Shown in pieces: positions 46,953 through 58,480 of a DNA stretch of 64,000 bases. The stretch is from Myxococcota bacterium. Lineage in GTDB: Bacteria; Myxococcota_A; Polyangia; Polyangiales; Houyiibacteriaceae. The DNA lies in the NCBI GenBank assembly GCA_039177115.1, contig JBCDFZ010000022.1, positions 19,365 through 83,364 of the forward strand, in the 5' to 3' direction. Both the position numbers and the translations under genes were made by a program. Within the stretch, counting starts at the first letter, position 1. The number at the start of each line of letters is the position of its first letter. The notes under the pieces are model-generated. The model had not been told where the DNA came from. It saw only the letters and a program-made list of their open reading frames with translations, and made no database searches.

Positions 46953-47848
46953 CCCGAACCCTGCTTCTGGCACTGGCGCTTGCCGTAGGATGCGCCGGCT
47001 CGACCCGACCCGACTCTCAAACCGCGGAGGCGATTGTCCGCGCGCAGGCGCGCCCGGAGAGTCTCGTCGACGCCGCAACGGGGGAAGAGGTTTCGCTCGA
47101 TGAGCTCGTCGCTCGCGCGATGGCGAGCGAGGTCCTGTATGTCGGCGAACGGCACGACCGTCCCGAAGATCACGCGGTACAGTACGCGCTCCTGCGCGCG
47201 CTCTACGGAGAGGATTCGTCCCTCGCGATCGGCATGGAGATGTTCCAAGTGCCGTATCAAGAACCGCTCGACCGCTGGAGCGCAGGTGAAATCGACGAAA
47301 CGGTCCTGCGTCGAGACACCGAGTACGATCAGCGGTGGGGGTATGACTTCGGGCTCTACCGGCCGCTACTCGAGTTTGCTCGGAGTCGCGGGCTCGAGGT
47401 CGTTGCGCTGAACGCGCCGCGAGAAGTTGCGTTCGCGGTGGCGCAGGGCGGGATCGACGGCCTGCCGGACGACATGGCGGCCAAGCTGCCAGAGCTAGAC
47501 CTAGACGATGCCGAGCATCGTGCCCTGTTCGACGAAAAGTTCGACGCCGTACAGCACGAGATCGTCGAGGGGGTCGACCGCTACTACCAGGCGCAGCTCG
47601 TATGGGACGAAACCATGGGCTCGCGCGTGGCGGAGGCGCTCGAGCGGGACGACGGGCCGTCGCGAATGATCGTGTTTGCGGGGCGGGTGCACGTCGAGCA
47701 GGGCCTCGGGATCCCGCGGCGGGGTGCGAGGCGGGGCGCGAAGCCGTTCGTGGTGGTGATGCCGATCACCGAGAAGGAGCTCAAGGCCGAGCTCAAGAAG
47801 CCTGCAGAAGCGCGGTCCGCTGATTTTCTTTGGGTCGTCGAGCCCTAA
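46949..47848 (+). CDS. ChaN-family (haem-binding uptake/Tiki-fold) lipoprotein
   Basis: [15 protein letters not shown]|AGS lipobox. VLYVGERHDRPEDHAVQYALLRALY matches the ChaN/Cofac_haem_bdg N-terminal motif. The start overlaps the orn stop (ATGA). Confidence 0.75.
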   Translation: MTRTLLLALALAVGCAGSTRPDSQTAEAIVRAQARPESLVDAATGEEVSLDELVARAMASEVLYVGERHDRPEDHAVQYALLRALYGEDSSLAIGMEMFQVPYQEPLDRWSAGEIDETVLRRDTEYDQRWGYDFGLYRPLLEFARSRGLEVVALNAPREVAFAVAQGGIDGLPDDMAAKLPELDLDDAEHRALFDEKFDAVQHEIVEGVDRYYQAQLVWDETMGSRVAEALERDDGPSRMIVFAGRVHVEQGLGIPRRGARRGAKPFVVVMPITEKELKAELKKPAEARSADFLWVVEP

Positions 47849-47963
47849 TTCGCTGCCGATTTGCACGATCGGGCCAGGCAAACTAGAACACGTTCCAGTT
47901 TTGAGGCCCCTCGCGAGTGAGCGGCTTCCGCCGACGCCTCGTGCGCGGACCGAAAGGACCCCG

Positions 47964-49175
47964 ATGACGGATTGCTTCATCTACGACGCGGTGCGGACGC
48001 CGCGCGGCAAAGGACGAAAGAAGGACGGCGCCCTCGCCGACGCCCCCCCTCTTCAGATGGCCAAAGCGGTCCTTCAGGCGATCCCCGAGCGGTCCGGCTT
48101 CTCGGACGCTGCGATCGAAGACGTGATCTTTGGATGTGTCGAACCGGTGGGAGAGCAGGGCGCCAACGTCGGGCGCATGGCGGCGTTGATTTCCGGGTAC
48201 GACGACTGCGTTCCCGGCGTGCAGCTCAATCGGTTTTGCTCTTCCGGGCTTGAAGCGGTGAACATCGCGGCGGCCAAAGTCAAAGCTGGGGACGTCGACC
48301 TCGTCGTTGGGGGCGGGCTTGAGAGCATGAGCCGCATCGCGATGGGCGCTGCCGGCGGCGCGTGGTCCACCGATCCGGAGCTTGCCATGAGCACCTCATT
48401 CGTCCCCCAGGGGATTGGCGCCGACCTCATCGCGACCAAGTACGGCTACTCGCGTCGCGACGTTGATTCCTTCGCGGTGGAAAGCCAGCGGCGCGCGGCC
48501 CTCGCGTGGGAGGGGGGACACTTCGACAAATCGATCGTTCCCGTCAATGACGCCATCGGCGTAAGCATGCTCGACCGCGACGAGCACATGCGACCCGGCA
48601 CCACGCTCGACGACCTCGCGCAGCTCAAGCCGAGCTTCGAGATGATGGGGACAAACTTCGGGTTCAATGCAGTTGCGATCCAGAAGCACCCCGACGTGGA
48701 AGCGATCGAGCACGTGCATCACGCGGGCAACTCCTCGGGCATCGTCGACGGTTCGGCCGCAGTGCTGCTGGGCAACAAGGAGGCCGGCGAGCGCCTCGGG
48801 CTGAAACCGCGCGCACGGCTGGTCCGCTCGGCGACCGTCGGGACCGAGCCCTGCATCATGCTGACCGGCCCCGCGCCCGCGTCGCGAAAGGCGCTCGACC
48901 GCGCCGGCATGAGTACCTCCGACATCGATCTCTGGGAGATCAACGAGGCATTCTCCTCCGTGTGCCTTCTCTTCATGGAAGAGATGGGCATCGATCACGA
49001 CGTAACCAACGTGAACGGGGGCGCGATTGCGTTCGGACATCCGCTCGGCGCCACGGGCGCGATGCTCCTCGGCATCATGCTCGACGAGCTCGAGCGCCGA
49101 GACCTCGGCACGGGTCTCGTCACGCTTTGTGTAGGCGCGGGCATGGGCACCGCCACCATCCTCGAACGAGTTTGA
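47964..49175 (+). CDS. fadA: Acetyl-CoA C-acyltransferase (3-ketoacyl-CoA thiolase)
   Basis: Internal Met of ORF 47901-49175. [14 protein letters not shown], nucleophile [11 protein letters not shown] and C-terminal [15 protein letters not shown]...CVGAGMG. Confidence 0.92.
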   Translation: MTDCFIYDAVRTPRGKGRKKDGALADAPPLQMAKAVLQAIPERSGFSDAAIEDVIFGCVEPVGEQGANVGRMAALISGYDDCVPGVQLNRFCSSGLEAVNIAAAKVKAGDVDLVVGGGLESMSRIAMGAAGGAWSTDPELAMSTSFVPQGIGADLIATKYGYSRRDVDSFAVESQRRAALAWEGGHFDKSIVPVNDAIGVSMLDRDEHMRPGTTLDDLAQLKPSFEMMGTNFGFNAVAIQKHPDVEAIEHVHHAGNSSGIVDGSAAVLLGNKEAGERLGLKPRARLVRSATVGTEPCIMLTGPAPASRKALDRAGMSTSDIDLWEINEAFSSVCLLFMEEMGIDHDVTNVNGGAIAFGHPLGATGAMLLGIMLDELERRDLGTGLVTLCVGAGMGTATILERV

Positions 49176-49185
49176 GAAGAAGACG

Positions 49186-51372
49186 ATGACGATTATCGAC
49201 TATCGCGTAGAAGACGACGTGGCGATCCTGACGTGGGATCAGACCGACAAACCGATGAACGTGGTAAACGGCGACGCGCTCGCCGAACTCGACGCCGGCA
49301 TCGAGCGGGCGGCGGGTGACGAGAGCGTTCGAGGGATTGTTCTCACTTCCGGAAAGCCTGGGATGTTCGTTGCGGGCGGCGACCTCGGGCAAATCGAGTC
49401 GCTGGGGACCGGTCCGCTCGACCCTGCCGACATGCTTCGTCGGACGAGCCAGGTCCTCGATCAGCTCCGGCGCATGGAGACCTGCGGCAAGCCCGTCGTC
49501 GCCGCGCTCAACGGGGTGACGCTCGGTGGAGGGTACGAGATCGCGCTCGCGTGTCACCGACGGATCCTCGTCAACGTTCGCCATGCGAAGGTCGGCCTTC
49601 CGGAGGCAGGCCTCGGCCTGATGCCGGGTGCAGGCGGAACGCAGCGGCTTCCTCGCCTGATTGGGCTCCAAAGCGCGCTCGGCCTCATCATGCAGGGCAA
49701 GCAGCTCGGCCCCGAAGAGGCGCTCAAGAAGGGCCTGGTCGACGAGGTGGTCGAGCCCGAACAGCTGATGGCCTCGGCCAAGGCGTGGATCCAAAACGGC
49801 GGGAGCGCGACCCAGCCCTGGGACGAGAAGGGGTTCAAGGTGCCGGGCGGCGGACCGGAGTCCGTGACGTTCGCGCAGACGCTCATGGGCTCGAATGCCA
49901 TGACGCATGCGAACACCCACGGGAACATCCCGGCGCAGGAAGCGATCCTCCAGTCGGTATACGACGGCCTCGCACTTCCCATGAGCCGAGCTGGCAAAGT
50001 GGAAACGCGTCAGTTCATTCGCGTTCTACAAGACCCAGTGGCCACGAGCATGCTTCGCACGCTCTTCTTCAGCCTCCAGGAGTGCCAAAAGGGCACACGA
50101 CGGCCGAAGGACGTGCCGCACTTCGACGTGAAGAAGGTTGGCGTTCTCGGCGCGGGTTTGATGGGGCAGGGCATCGCTCACGTCTCCGCGAAGGTCGGCG
50201 TTCAGGTGGTGCTGATCGACCGTGACCTCGCGAGCGCCGAGCGCGGCAAGGCGCAGGTCGAGAAGACGCTCGCGCGGCGACTCAAGAAGGGACGCACTAC
50301 GCCCGACCGGGTGGAGGCGATCCTCAGCCGCATTCATCCGAGCGAAAGCTACGGCGATCTCGAGGGCTGCGATGTGGTGGTCGAGGCCGTGTTCGAAAAT
50401 CGCGACATCAAGGCGACGGTGACTCGAGACGCGGACGCGCAGCTCTCGGACGACGCCATCTTTGCGTCCAACACGTCGGGCCTGCCCATTACGGACCTCG
50501 CGAAGGCGTCGAGCCGCCCGGAGAACTTCATCGGCCTCCACTTCTTTTCGCCCGTCGAGCGTATGCAGATCGTCGAGATCGTCGTCGGCGAACAAACCTC
50601 GGACGCCACGCTTGCGAAGGCCTGGGACTACATCCTGAAAATCAAGAAGGCAGGCATCGTCGTGAACGACAGCCCGGGCTTCTACACGAGCCGCGTGTTT
50701 GGAACGTTCATTTCCGAGGGAAATCACCTGCTGGTGGAGGGCGTACGCCCCGCCCTCATCGAGAACGTCGCCAAGGCCACCGGCATGCCCATGCCGCCCC
50801 TCGGTATTTCCGATCAAGTCGGCCTTGGTACGATGCACAAGGTCGCTCAGCAGTCGGAAAAGGACGCCGAGGCGGCCGGCAAGGAATGGAAGCCGTCCCC
50901 CGCCCAGGCGATCATCGCGTCGCTCGTGGAAACGCACGACCGGTGGGGCGCCCATCCCCCGCCGCACGACGACGGCTCCGCGCGAACCCCGGGCGGGTTC
51001 TACGACTACTTCGAAGGCGGCAAAAAGCTCTGGCCCGAGCTCGGCAACGCCATGCGCGAGTGGATCCCGGCGGACGCCCCGCAGCCCACTGCAGAGGTCG
51101 TGCGCAAGCGCTACATGTTCACCCAGTGCCTCGAGGCGGTGCGCTGTCTCGAGCAGGGCGTCATCAAGGACGTTCGCGAAGGCGACGTGGGCGTCATCAT
51201 GGCCGTGGGTTTCCCGGCGTTCACCGGCGGCCCCTTCACGTACATCGACAACTACGGCATCGAGGCGTTCGTGAAGGACGCGGAGGCGCTGGCCGCCGAG
51301 TACGGGGAGCGCTTCTCGCCGCCAGAGACGCTTCGCGAGATGGCGCGCGCCGGGGAGTCGTTCTACGGGTGA
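49186..51372 (+). CDS. fadB: Fatty-acid oxidation complex alpha subunit (enoyl-CoA hydratase plus 3-hydroxyacyl-CoA dehydrogenase)
   Basis: 728 aa. Crotonase domain ([24 protein letters not shown]). NAD domain [16 protein letters not shown] and GLHFFSPV. Confidence 0.92.
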   Translation: MTIIDYRVEDDVAILTWDQTDKPMNVVNGDALAELDAGIERAAGDESVRGIVLTSGKPGMFVAGGDLGQIESLGTGPLDPADMLRRTSQVLDQLRRMETCGKPVVAALNGVTLGGGYEIALACHRRILVNVRHAKVGLPEAGLGLMPGAGGTQRLPRLIGLQSALGLIMQGKQLGPEEALKKGLVDEVVEPEQLMASAKAWIQNGGSATQPWDEKGFKVPGGGPESVTFAQTLMGSNAMTHANTHGNIPAQEAILQSVYDGLALPMSRAGKVETRQFIRVLQDPVATSMLRTLFFSLQECQKGTRRPKDVPHFDVKKVGVLGAGLMGQGIAHVSAKVGVQVVLIDRDLASAERGKAQVEKTLARRLKKGRTTPDRVEAILSRIHPSESYGDLEGCDVVVEAVFENRDIKATVTRDADAQLSDDAIFASNTSGLPITDLAKASSRPENFIGLHFFSPVERMQIVEIVVGEQTSDATLAKAWDYILKIKKAGIVVNDSPGFYTSRVFGTFISEGNHLLVEGVRPALIENVAKATGMPMPPLGISDQVGLGTMHKVAQQSEKDAEAAGKEWKPSPAQAIIASLVETHDRWGAHPPPHDDGSARTPGGFYDYFEGGKKLWPELGNAMREWIPADAPQPTAEVVRKRYMFTQCLEAVRCLEQGVIKDVREGDVGVIMAVGFPAFTGGPFTYIDNYGIEAFVKDAEALAAEYGERFSPPETLREMARAGESFYG

Positions 51373-52100
51373 TGGGAGCGGCGGCCGGTGACGGGTCGGC
51401 CGAGGTTCACTCCGATGCGAAAGAGGGGAAGTACGCTCCATGTGAAGAAGCTCGAGCGCTCGAGTGAACCCTTGGTGTGACGCAAGACCTCGTAGCTGAA
51501 GCACCAGCCGAGGAAGACGCGTCGTACGTGCACGTCGAGGTTCAGTCCGGCTCGAACTCCCACGGTCGGCGAGCGTTTCGGGATCCCGCTTTCGGGATAG
51601 TCATCGCGCGCCCGCGCGGCCCCCAAGGCGAGCGCGACGTGCGGGCTAATGGCCCAGCGGCGCTTTCGCGACGCGTTTCGCGGGCCGCGCGCGATGAACC
51701 GGTACGCGTAACCCAAATGCGCTACGCCGAAGCGAAGTAACACCGGATCTCTTCCGTCGGTCGAGATCACTGGGCCTAGTTCAACCCGGTACTCGCCGTC
51801 GAGTAAGAGTGCGTGACCTTTCATTGCGACGATACGTAGACCCAAGGTGGGGATCCAGAAGTAGAAGTCTCTTTCCGCGTCGTCACTGAAGCGGCTCCTC
51901 ATGCTCGTGTGCGAGCGGCGGAACGACGACGCGAAAACCTGCGTTCGCAACTCGTACGAGAACCTCTCGCCTTGGGAAGCGTCAGTGGGCCGAGCGTGGG
52001 CCGTCGCGGCATCCAACCACAGACCGAGCGCAATAGTCGCCAGGCATGGAAACACGACGCGGCCCGTCTTCGGGCCATCACCTTTCCCGTTCCCAATCAT
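51363..52100 (-). CDS. Secreted beta-rich protein, tandem paralog 2 (unknown family)
   Basis: Met 20 of ORF 51363-52157. Signal-like VVFPCLATIALGLWLDAATAHA. Shares long blocks with 52097-52804. Its ATG overlaps the upstream stop (ATGA). Confidence 0.6.
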   Translation of the reverse strand: MIGNGKGDGPKTGRVVFPCLATIALGLWLDAATAHARPTDASQGERFSYELRTQVFASSFRRSHTSMRSRFSDDAERDFYFWIPTLGLRIVAMKGHALLLDGEYRVELGPVISTDGRDPVLLRFGVAHLGYAYRFIARGPRNASRKRRWAISPHVALALGAARARDDYPESGIPKRSPTVGVRAGLNLDVHVRRVFLGWCFSYEVLRHTKGSLERSSFFTWSVLPLFRIGVNLGRPVTGRRSHHP

Positions 52101-52804
52101 CGCTGCACGCGTCGTCCAAAGTTCACCCCGATGCGGAGGATCGGAATGAAGTTCCACGCCAAGAACTGCGAGCGCGTGAGGACACCCTTCGTGTGGCGCA
52201 GTACCTCGTAGCTGACGCTCCAGCCGAGGAAGAACCGGTGCACGTGGAGGTCGAAGTCCACGCCAATGCGCGCACCGACGACGGCGGATCGAGTCGGGAG
52301 CTCGGTTAGCCCGGGGAAAGCGAGCTTGCGCGCGACGCCCGCGGAGAGCGCCGCGTGCGGCGTGATGGCCCAGGCCCGGTGGTCTCGGAGGCTACGTCGC
52401 CCGACGTATCGAAACGCGTACCCAACGTGTCCGACGCTGAACCGAATGGGAAAGCTCTCCTCGGCGTTGATCCCGTCGAAGTCGGCGTCTAAGCGATACG
52501 CGCCGTCTACCAAGATGCCGTGGCCCGTCTCCGCAATCGCGCGCAGCCCGAGTCCCAGGTTGAAGTACAGGCTTCCGTTGGCGACGTAGGCCTGAGGGAA
52601 CGGCTCCGTGATGCGCGACCACCGGTACGAGGCCGGGAGAACCTCTGCGCGGATCTCGTAGGACCAGGGATCGTGGCCCGCCCCGTCGGTGGTTGGCCGG
52701 TCAGACGGAGCCGTGGGAACCGCGGTCTGGTCTGCGCTCGCCTCGCCGTTGGCCGCGAGGACGGCGACGGCGATGAAGGCTGTGAGTGGGTTGAGTCGTG
52801 CCAC
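52097..52804 (-). CDS. Secreted beta-rich protein, tandem paralog 1 (unknown family)
   Basis: Signal peptide MARLNPLTAFIAVAVLAANGEASA. Alternating hydrophobic strands. C-terminal FLGWSVSYEVLRHTKG...ILRIGVNFGR is shared with paralog 2. Confidence 0.65.
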   Translation of the reverse strand: MARLNPLTAFIAVAVLAANGEASADQTAVPTAPSDRPTTDGAGHDPWSYEIRAEVLPASYRWSRITEPFPQAYVANGSLYFNLGLGLRAIAETGHGILVDGAYRLDADFDGINAEESFPIRFSVGHVGYAFRYVGRRSLRDHRAWAITPHAALSAGVARKLAFPGLTELPTRSAVVGARIGVDFDLHVHRFFLGWSVSYEVLRHTKGVLTRSQFLAWNFIPILRIGVNFGRRVQR

Positions 52805-52877
52805 GGCCTAAATGACTTTGCAGCCGCCGTGCCAGTTCGATCTCTTGAAATTATTATGCTTTTAGGCCCTTCATATT

Positions 52878-52931
52878 CCGGCCGTGTGGCCGAATTATCC
52901 ACGACGCGTGACTTTTCGGCCACACGGCCGG
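52878..52931. repeat. Perfect 17-bp-arm palindrome CCGGCCGTGTGGCCGAA-N20-TTCGGCCACACGGCCGG, with a third partial copy GTGTGGCCG at about 52937-52945
   Basis: Read directly in the 171-bp spacer between the ABC exporter stop (52976) and the paralog 1 start (52804). The loop contains its own small palindrome, CACGacgCGTG. An AT-rich stretch TTGAAATTATTATGCTTTTAGG lies just beside it. Confidence 0.6.
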
Positions 52932-52975
52932 TTTTCTGTGTGGCCGCTTACGCTCCCTTTCATAGGGACGCAGGG

Positions 52976-54829
<1,854 letters not shown>

Positions 54830-54886
54830 CGGCGCATGCTGCTGGAGGTCACCACACGCTCGTGGTACGTCAACGTCGCTTTAACC

Positions 54887-55435
54887 ATGAACGATCGAAC
54901 CAAAGGCCCGCGCGTTCGGGTGATCCCGGAAGGCGACAACCGTGAACGCCTGGTCTGCCCCGACTGCCGCTACATCGCTTACGAGAACCCCAAAGTCGTC
55001 GTCGGCGTGGTTGCCACGTGGGAGGGCAAGCTGCTGATGTGCAGACGCGCAATCGAACCGCGCAAGGGGTATTGGACGCTGCCGGCGGGCTTCATGGAGA
55101 TGGGCGAGAGTCCGGAGCACGGGGCCGCGCGCGAAGCGTACGAAGAAGCTCGTGCGGAGCTGGAGATCGTCGACCTGCTCGCGCTCTACAGCCTCGACCA
55201 CATCAGTCAGCTTCAGCTGTTCTTCCGGGCGAACCTTCTCTCGCCCAACGTGTCGGCTGGGCCCGAAAGCGAGGAGGTCGGCCTGTTCGCGTTCGACGAT
55301 CTTCCCGCAGCGGAGCTCGCGTTTCCATCGGTCCGCTGGGCAATCGACCACTACCTGCAGGCGCGCGACGTGGCGCACCCGCCGGCGTTCCGAAACCCTC
55401 CGGGTGCCACGGGCGACATGCGCCGTGGGCGCTGA
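54887..55435 (+). CDS. NUDIX hydrolase with N-terminal zinc-ribbon-like CPDC motif
   Basis: Internal Met of ORF 54308-55435. LVCPDCRY. Nudix box GFMEMGESPEHGAAREAYEEARAE. Confidence 0.88.
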   Translation: MNDRTKGPRVRVIPEGDNRERLVCPDCRYIAYENPKVVVGVVATWEGKLLMCRRAIEPRKGYWTLPAGFMEMGESPEHGAAREAYEEARAELEIVDLLALYSLDHISQLQLFFRANLLSPNVSAGPESEEVGLFAFDDLPAAELAFPSVRWAIDHYLQARDVAHPPAFRNPPGATGDMRRGR

Positions 55436-55542
55436 CCCACGATCGCGTCCTCGCTGACACGCGTCCGCGCTCATGAAGCTCGTGTTTTCCAACGAATCGG
55501 CCTTGGCACGCGACGTGCTCTTCATCGGGACAGGAGGTCCCC

Positions 55543-56187
55543 ATGAAAGCCCGATTTGTCATCCTCATTACACTCGCGTTGCTCACCGCGCTCGGTTGCC
55601 GGGACGACGCGCCGAAGGAGCCCGGTCCGCTCGCGCGCGCGTCCGCCGACAAACCCATCCTGACGTCAACCGCGCAGGCGCCATCGTCCGAGGTTCCCCC
55701 ACCCAAGCCGACGGCGACCGCAAAGGAAGACCTGCCGGTCGTTCCCGACCGCGCGCAAGAAGATCCGCCGGCGGAACTTGTACAGGACAACGAAGAAACC
55801 GATTTCAAACCGCTCCACGACCCGGAGCCGCTCCTCGGATCTGACGGAGGCTTGAGCCTCAAGCGGCTCATGACCGCACCCGACGTCGAGTTTCGCGAGC
55901 CGGTCGCGCCGACCGCGCTGTTCGGACACCACGAGGAGAAGGTCTATGCGTTCATCGACGTAGAGAACACCTCGAACGAAGAGAAGTCGCTCGACGTGTT
56001 CTTCATTTCTCCCACGGGAAGGGTCACAGGAGGCGTGGCGCTTTCGATTCCGGCGAACACCCCCCGATGGCGTACTTGGGCCTTTACGAGGCACGCCGAC
56101 GAGAGCGGAACCTGGCGCGTCGAGGTGCGTGGTGCCGACGGGATACTGCTCGGTGCGCTTCCTTTCGAAGTTGCAGAGGGCTGCTGA
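55543..56187 (+). CDS. Lipoprotein with C-terminal DUF2914-like beta domain (tentative)
   Basis: MKARFVILITLALLTALGC|RDD lipobox. A Pro/Glu-rich linker. C-terminal VYAFIDVENTS...RWRTWAFTRHADESGTWRVEVRGADGILLGALPFEV. Confidence 0.65.
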   Translation: MKARFVILITLALLTALGCRDDAPKEPGPLARASADKPILTSTAQAPSSEVPPPKPTATAKEDLPVVPDRAQEDPPAELVQDNEETDFKPLHDPEPLLGSDGGLSLKRLMTAPDVEFREPVAPTALFGHHEEKVYAFIDVENTSNEEKSLDVFFISPTGRVTGGVALSIPANTPRWRTWAFTRHADESGTWRVEVRGADGILLGALPFEVAEGC

Positions 56188-56221
56188 CACTGCAATTGCG
56201 GCGGTTCGTGCGTGATCCGCT

Positions 56222-57493
56222 ATGCTCAAAGGGATGACCGAAACCTCGGTGGTCTCCCGGATCGCGCACGAATCGTGCCTTCGCTCGCCGCCGCTTCTCG
56301 CCCAGGGGCATTGGTGGGAGGAGCTCGATCGCGAGTTCGCGCATCGTCCCGAAGGCTTCAACCTAGCATTCACGGATCGCATGCGCGTCGGTGCGGCGGC
56401 CGGTTTCGATCACGCGATTCGTACCGCCGGCGCCTCGATGATCTCCAGCATGGCGATCCCGGTCGGCTATCACCCCGTCCAGCTCGCGCGCGCCAATCGC
56501 GACGTAGAGTTCTACGGGAAGATGGCCGAGTCAGGCGACCCGACACAGTTCTTCAAGCCCCCGCCATCCGGTGTGCGCGTGAAAGCGGAGAAGGGCCGAT
56601 GGCTGCCGCGCTTCGAGCCGCATGACGGAACCTGCGAGGCGATCTCGTTCGAAAGTCCCTTCGAGCCCGTGAACCCGAGGCTTCGCTCCGGCTACCTGAA
56701 GCACCGCGCCAACCGGACCGCGCACGCACGCATGCTGCGTCACCGAGGCGGCGGGCCCAGGCCGACCATCGTCGCGATTCACGGCTTCACCGCCGACTGG
56801 TACCTCATCAACGAGTGGTTCTTCGCGTTGCCATGGTTCTACCGCATGGGGTGCGACATCGTTCTGTTCACGCTTCCGTTTCACGGCCCGCGTCAAACGC
56901 GGTTCTCGCCGTTCTCGGGGCACGGCTACTTCGCGGGCGGCTCGTCCCGCATGAACGAAGCGGTGGCCCAGTCCGTGTTCGACTTCCGCATCTTGCTCGA
57001 TTGGCTCCAGAACGTAAGGGGCGTCGAGCAGGTGGGCGTCACCGGCCTCAGCCTCGGTGGCTTCACGAGCGCGATGCTTGCCAGCGTTGAAGACCGCCTC
57101 GCGTTCGCGATTCCGAACGTTCCCGTGGTGAGTTTCGCGGACCTCGTGCTCGAGTGGCAGCCCATTGGATGGATGCTCCGCGCAGCGCTCGCCACGATGC
57201 GGCAAGACCTCGCCGATGCACGCAAGCTCGTGGCGGTCAGCTGTCCGCTCACCTACGCGCCCGTACTCCCGTCAGACCGCCTCATGATCGTCGCGGGCGT
57301 GGGCGACCGGTTGGCTCCTCCGAAGCACTCGCGTCTCCTGTGGGACCATTGGAACCGATGCCGAATCCACTGGTTCCCCGGAAGCCACATCATTCACATG
57401 GACCGCGGCGAGTACCTCATTCAGATGGCGCGCTTCATGGTCGGACTCGACTTTCTGCCGCAAAACACGTTCTCAGAACCCGGTTCCTCGTAG
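56222..57493 (+). CDS. Alpha/beta hydrolase (tentatively ABHD18-like)
   Basis: IVAIHGFTADW, LPFHGPRQ and the nucleophile elbow GLSLGG. C-terminal GVGDRLAP...FPGSH. Confidence 0.8.
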   Translation: MLKGMTETSVVSRIAHESCLRSPPLLAQGHWWEELDREFAHRPEGFNLAFTDRMRVGAAAGFDHAIRTAGASMISSMAIPVGYHPVQLARANRDVEFYGKMAESGDPTQFFKPPPSGVRVKAEKGRWLPRFEPHDGTCEAISFESPFEPVNPRLRSGYLKHRANRTAHARMLRHRGGGPRPTIVAIHGFTADWYLINEWFFALPWFYRMGCDIVLFTLPFHGPRQTRFSPFSGHGYFAGGSSRMNEAVAQSVFDFRILLDWLQNVRGVEQVGVTGLSLGGFTSAMLASVEDRLAFAIPNVPVVSFADLVLEWQPIGWMLRAALATMRQDLADARKLVAVSCPLTYAPVLPSDRLMIVAGVGDRLAPPKHSRLLWDHWNRCRIHWFPGSHIIHMDRGEYLIQMARFMVGLDFLPQNTFSEPGSS

Positions 57494-57563
57494 ATTTTTC
57501 TGCGCCTCCGAGTACCCTCTGCGCCAGCCCGATTTCCGCAACCCGCTCGATGGAGAAGTCCGC

Positions 57564-58364
57564 ATGAAACCTACGTTTGTCGATCGCTATGGCCCTTGGG
57601 CCGTCGTTGCGGGCGCATCGGAAGGCATCGGGGCCGCGTTCTCCCGCCAGCTCGCGGCTAAGGGCCTCAACCTGGTGCTGTTTGCTCGCCGAGCCGAACC
57701 GCTCGAACGCTTTGCCGCCGAGCTCCGCAATTCCTACGGGGTCGAGGTGCAAACACGTTCGCTCGACGTCGGTGATCCAAACCTCCTCGAAGGGCTGAAG
57801 GAAACCACGGAGAGTCTGGACGTGGGCCTGGCGATCTACAACGCGGCGTACTCGCCCATCGGACGCTTCCTCGACATCGAGCTCGAGGATCACTTCGACG
57901 TGGTGAATGTGAACGTGCGAGGCCCCCTCGTGTTCTCGCACTACTTCGGTCGCCGCCTGGCACCGCGCGGGAAGGGCGGGCTCATTTTGATGTCGTCGAT
58001 GAGCGGTTTTCAGGGCACCGCCATGGTGGCGAACTACGCGGCGACGAAGTCGTACGACAAGATCCTCGCCGAGGGGCTCTGGTACGAGCTTCGCGAACAC
58101 GGCGTCGACGTCCTGGCCTGCGTAGCCGGCGCAACGCTCACGCCGAGCTTCATCGGCTCCACCGACCGTGTGCCGAATAGCTGGCTGGCTCGCCCGATGC
58201 GGCCCGAGGACGTGGTGGCGCAGGCTCTTCGAGATCTCGGCCGCCAGCCGACGGGGGTTTCGGGGCGGCGCAACCGGGTCGGCTCGACGCTTCTCGCCCG
58301 CCTTCTTCCTCGCGGAGCGGCCATCCGGATGGTGAGCAAAGAGACGGAGCACATGTACCGCTGA
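57564..58364 (+). CDS. SDR-family oxidoreductase (classical)
   Basis: AVVAGASEGIGAAFSRQLAAKG, NAA, MSSMSG and YAATK catalytic motifs. Confidence 0.88.
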   Translation: MKPTFVDRYGPWAVVAGASEGIGAAFSRQLAAKGLNLVLFARRAEPLERFAAELRNSYGVEVQTRSLDVGDPNLLEGLKETTESLDVGLAIYNAAYSPIGRFLDIELEDHFDVVNVNVRGPLVFSHYFGRRLAPRGKGGLILMSSMSGFQGTAMVANYAATKSYDKILAEGLWYELREHGVDVLACVAGATLTPSFIGSTDRVPNSWLARPMRPEDVVAQALRDLGRQPTGVSGRRNRVGSTLLARLLPRGAAIRMVSKETEHMYR

Positions 58365-58480
58365 GCGCCGATTCGGGCATCGGGGAGCCGCTCCAAACCC
58401 ACGAAGTTGTATAGATCACGGGCACGTGTGCACGGGACCAACCAAGCCGCTATGCTGAGGCCCGCTTCGTCGGGAGTCGA

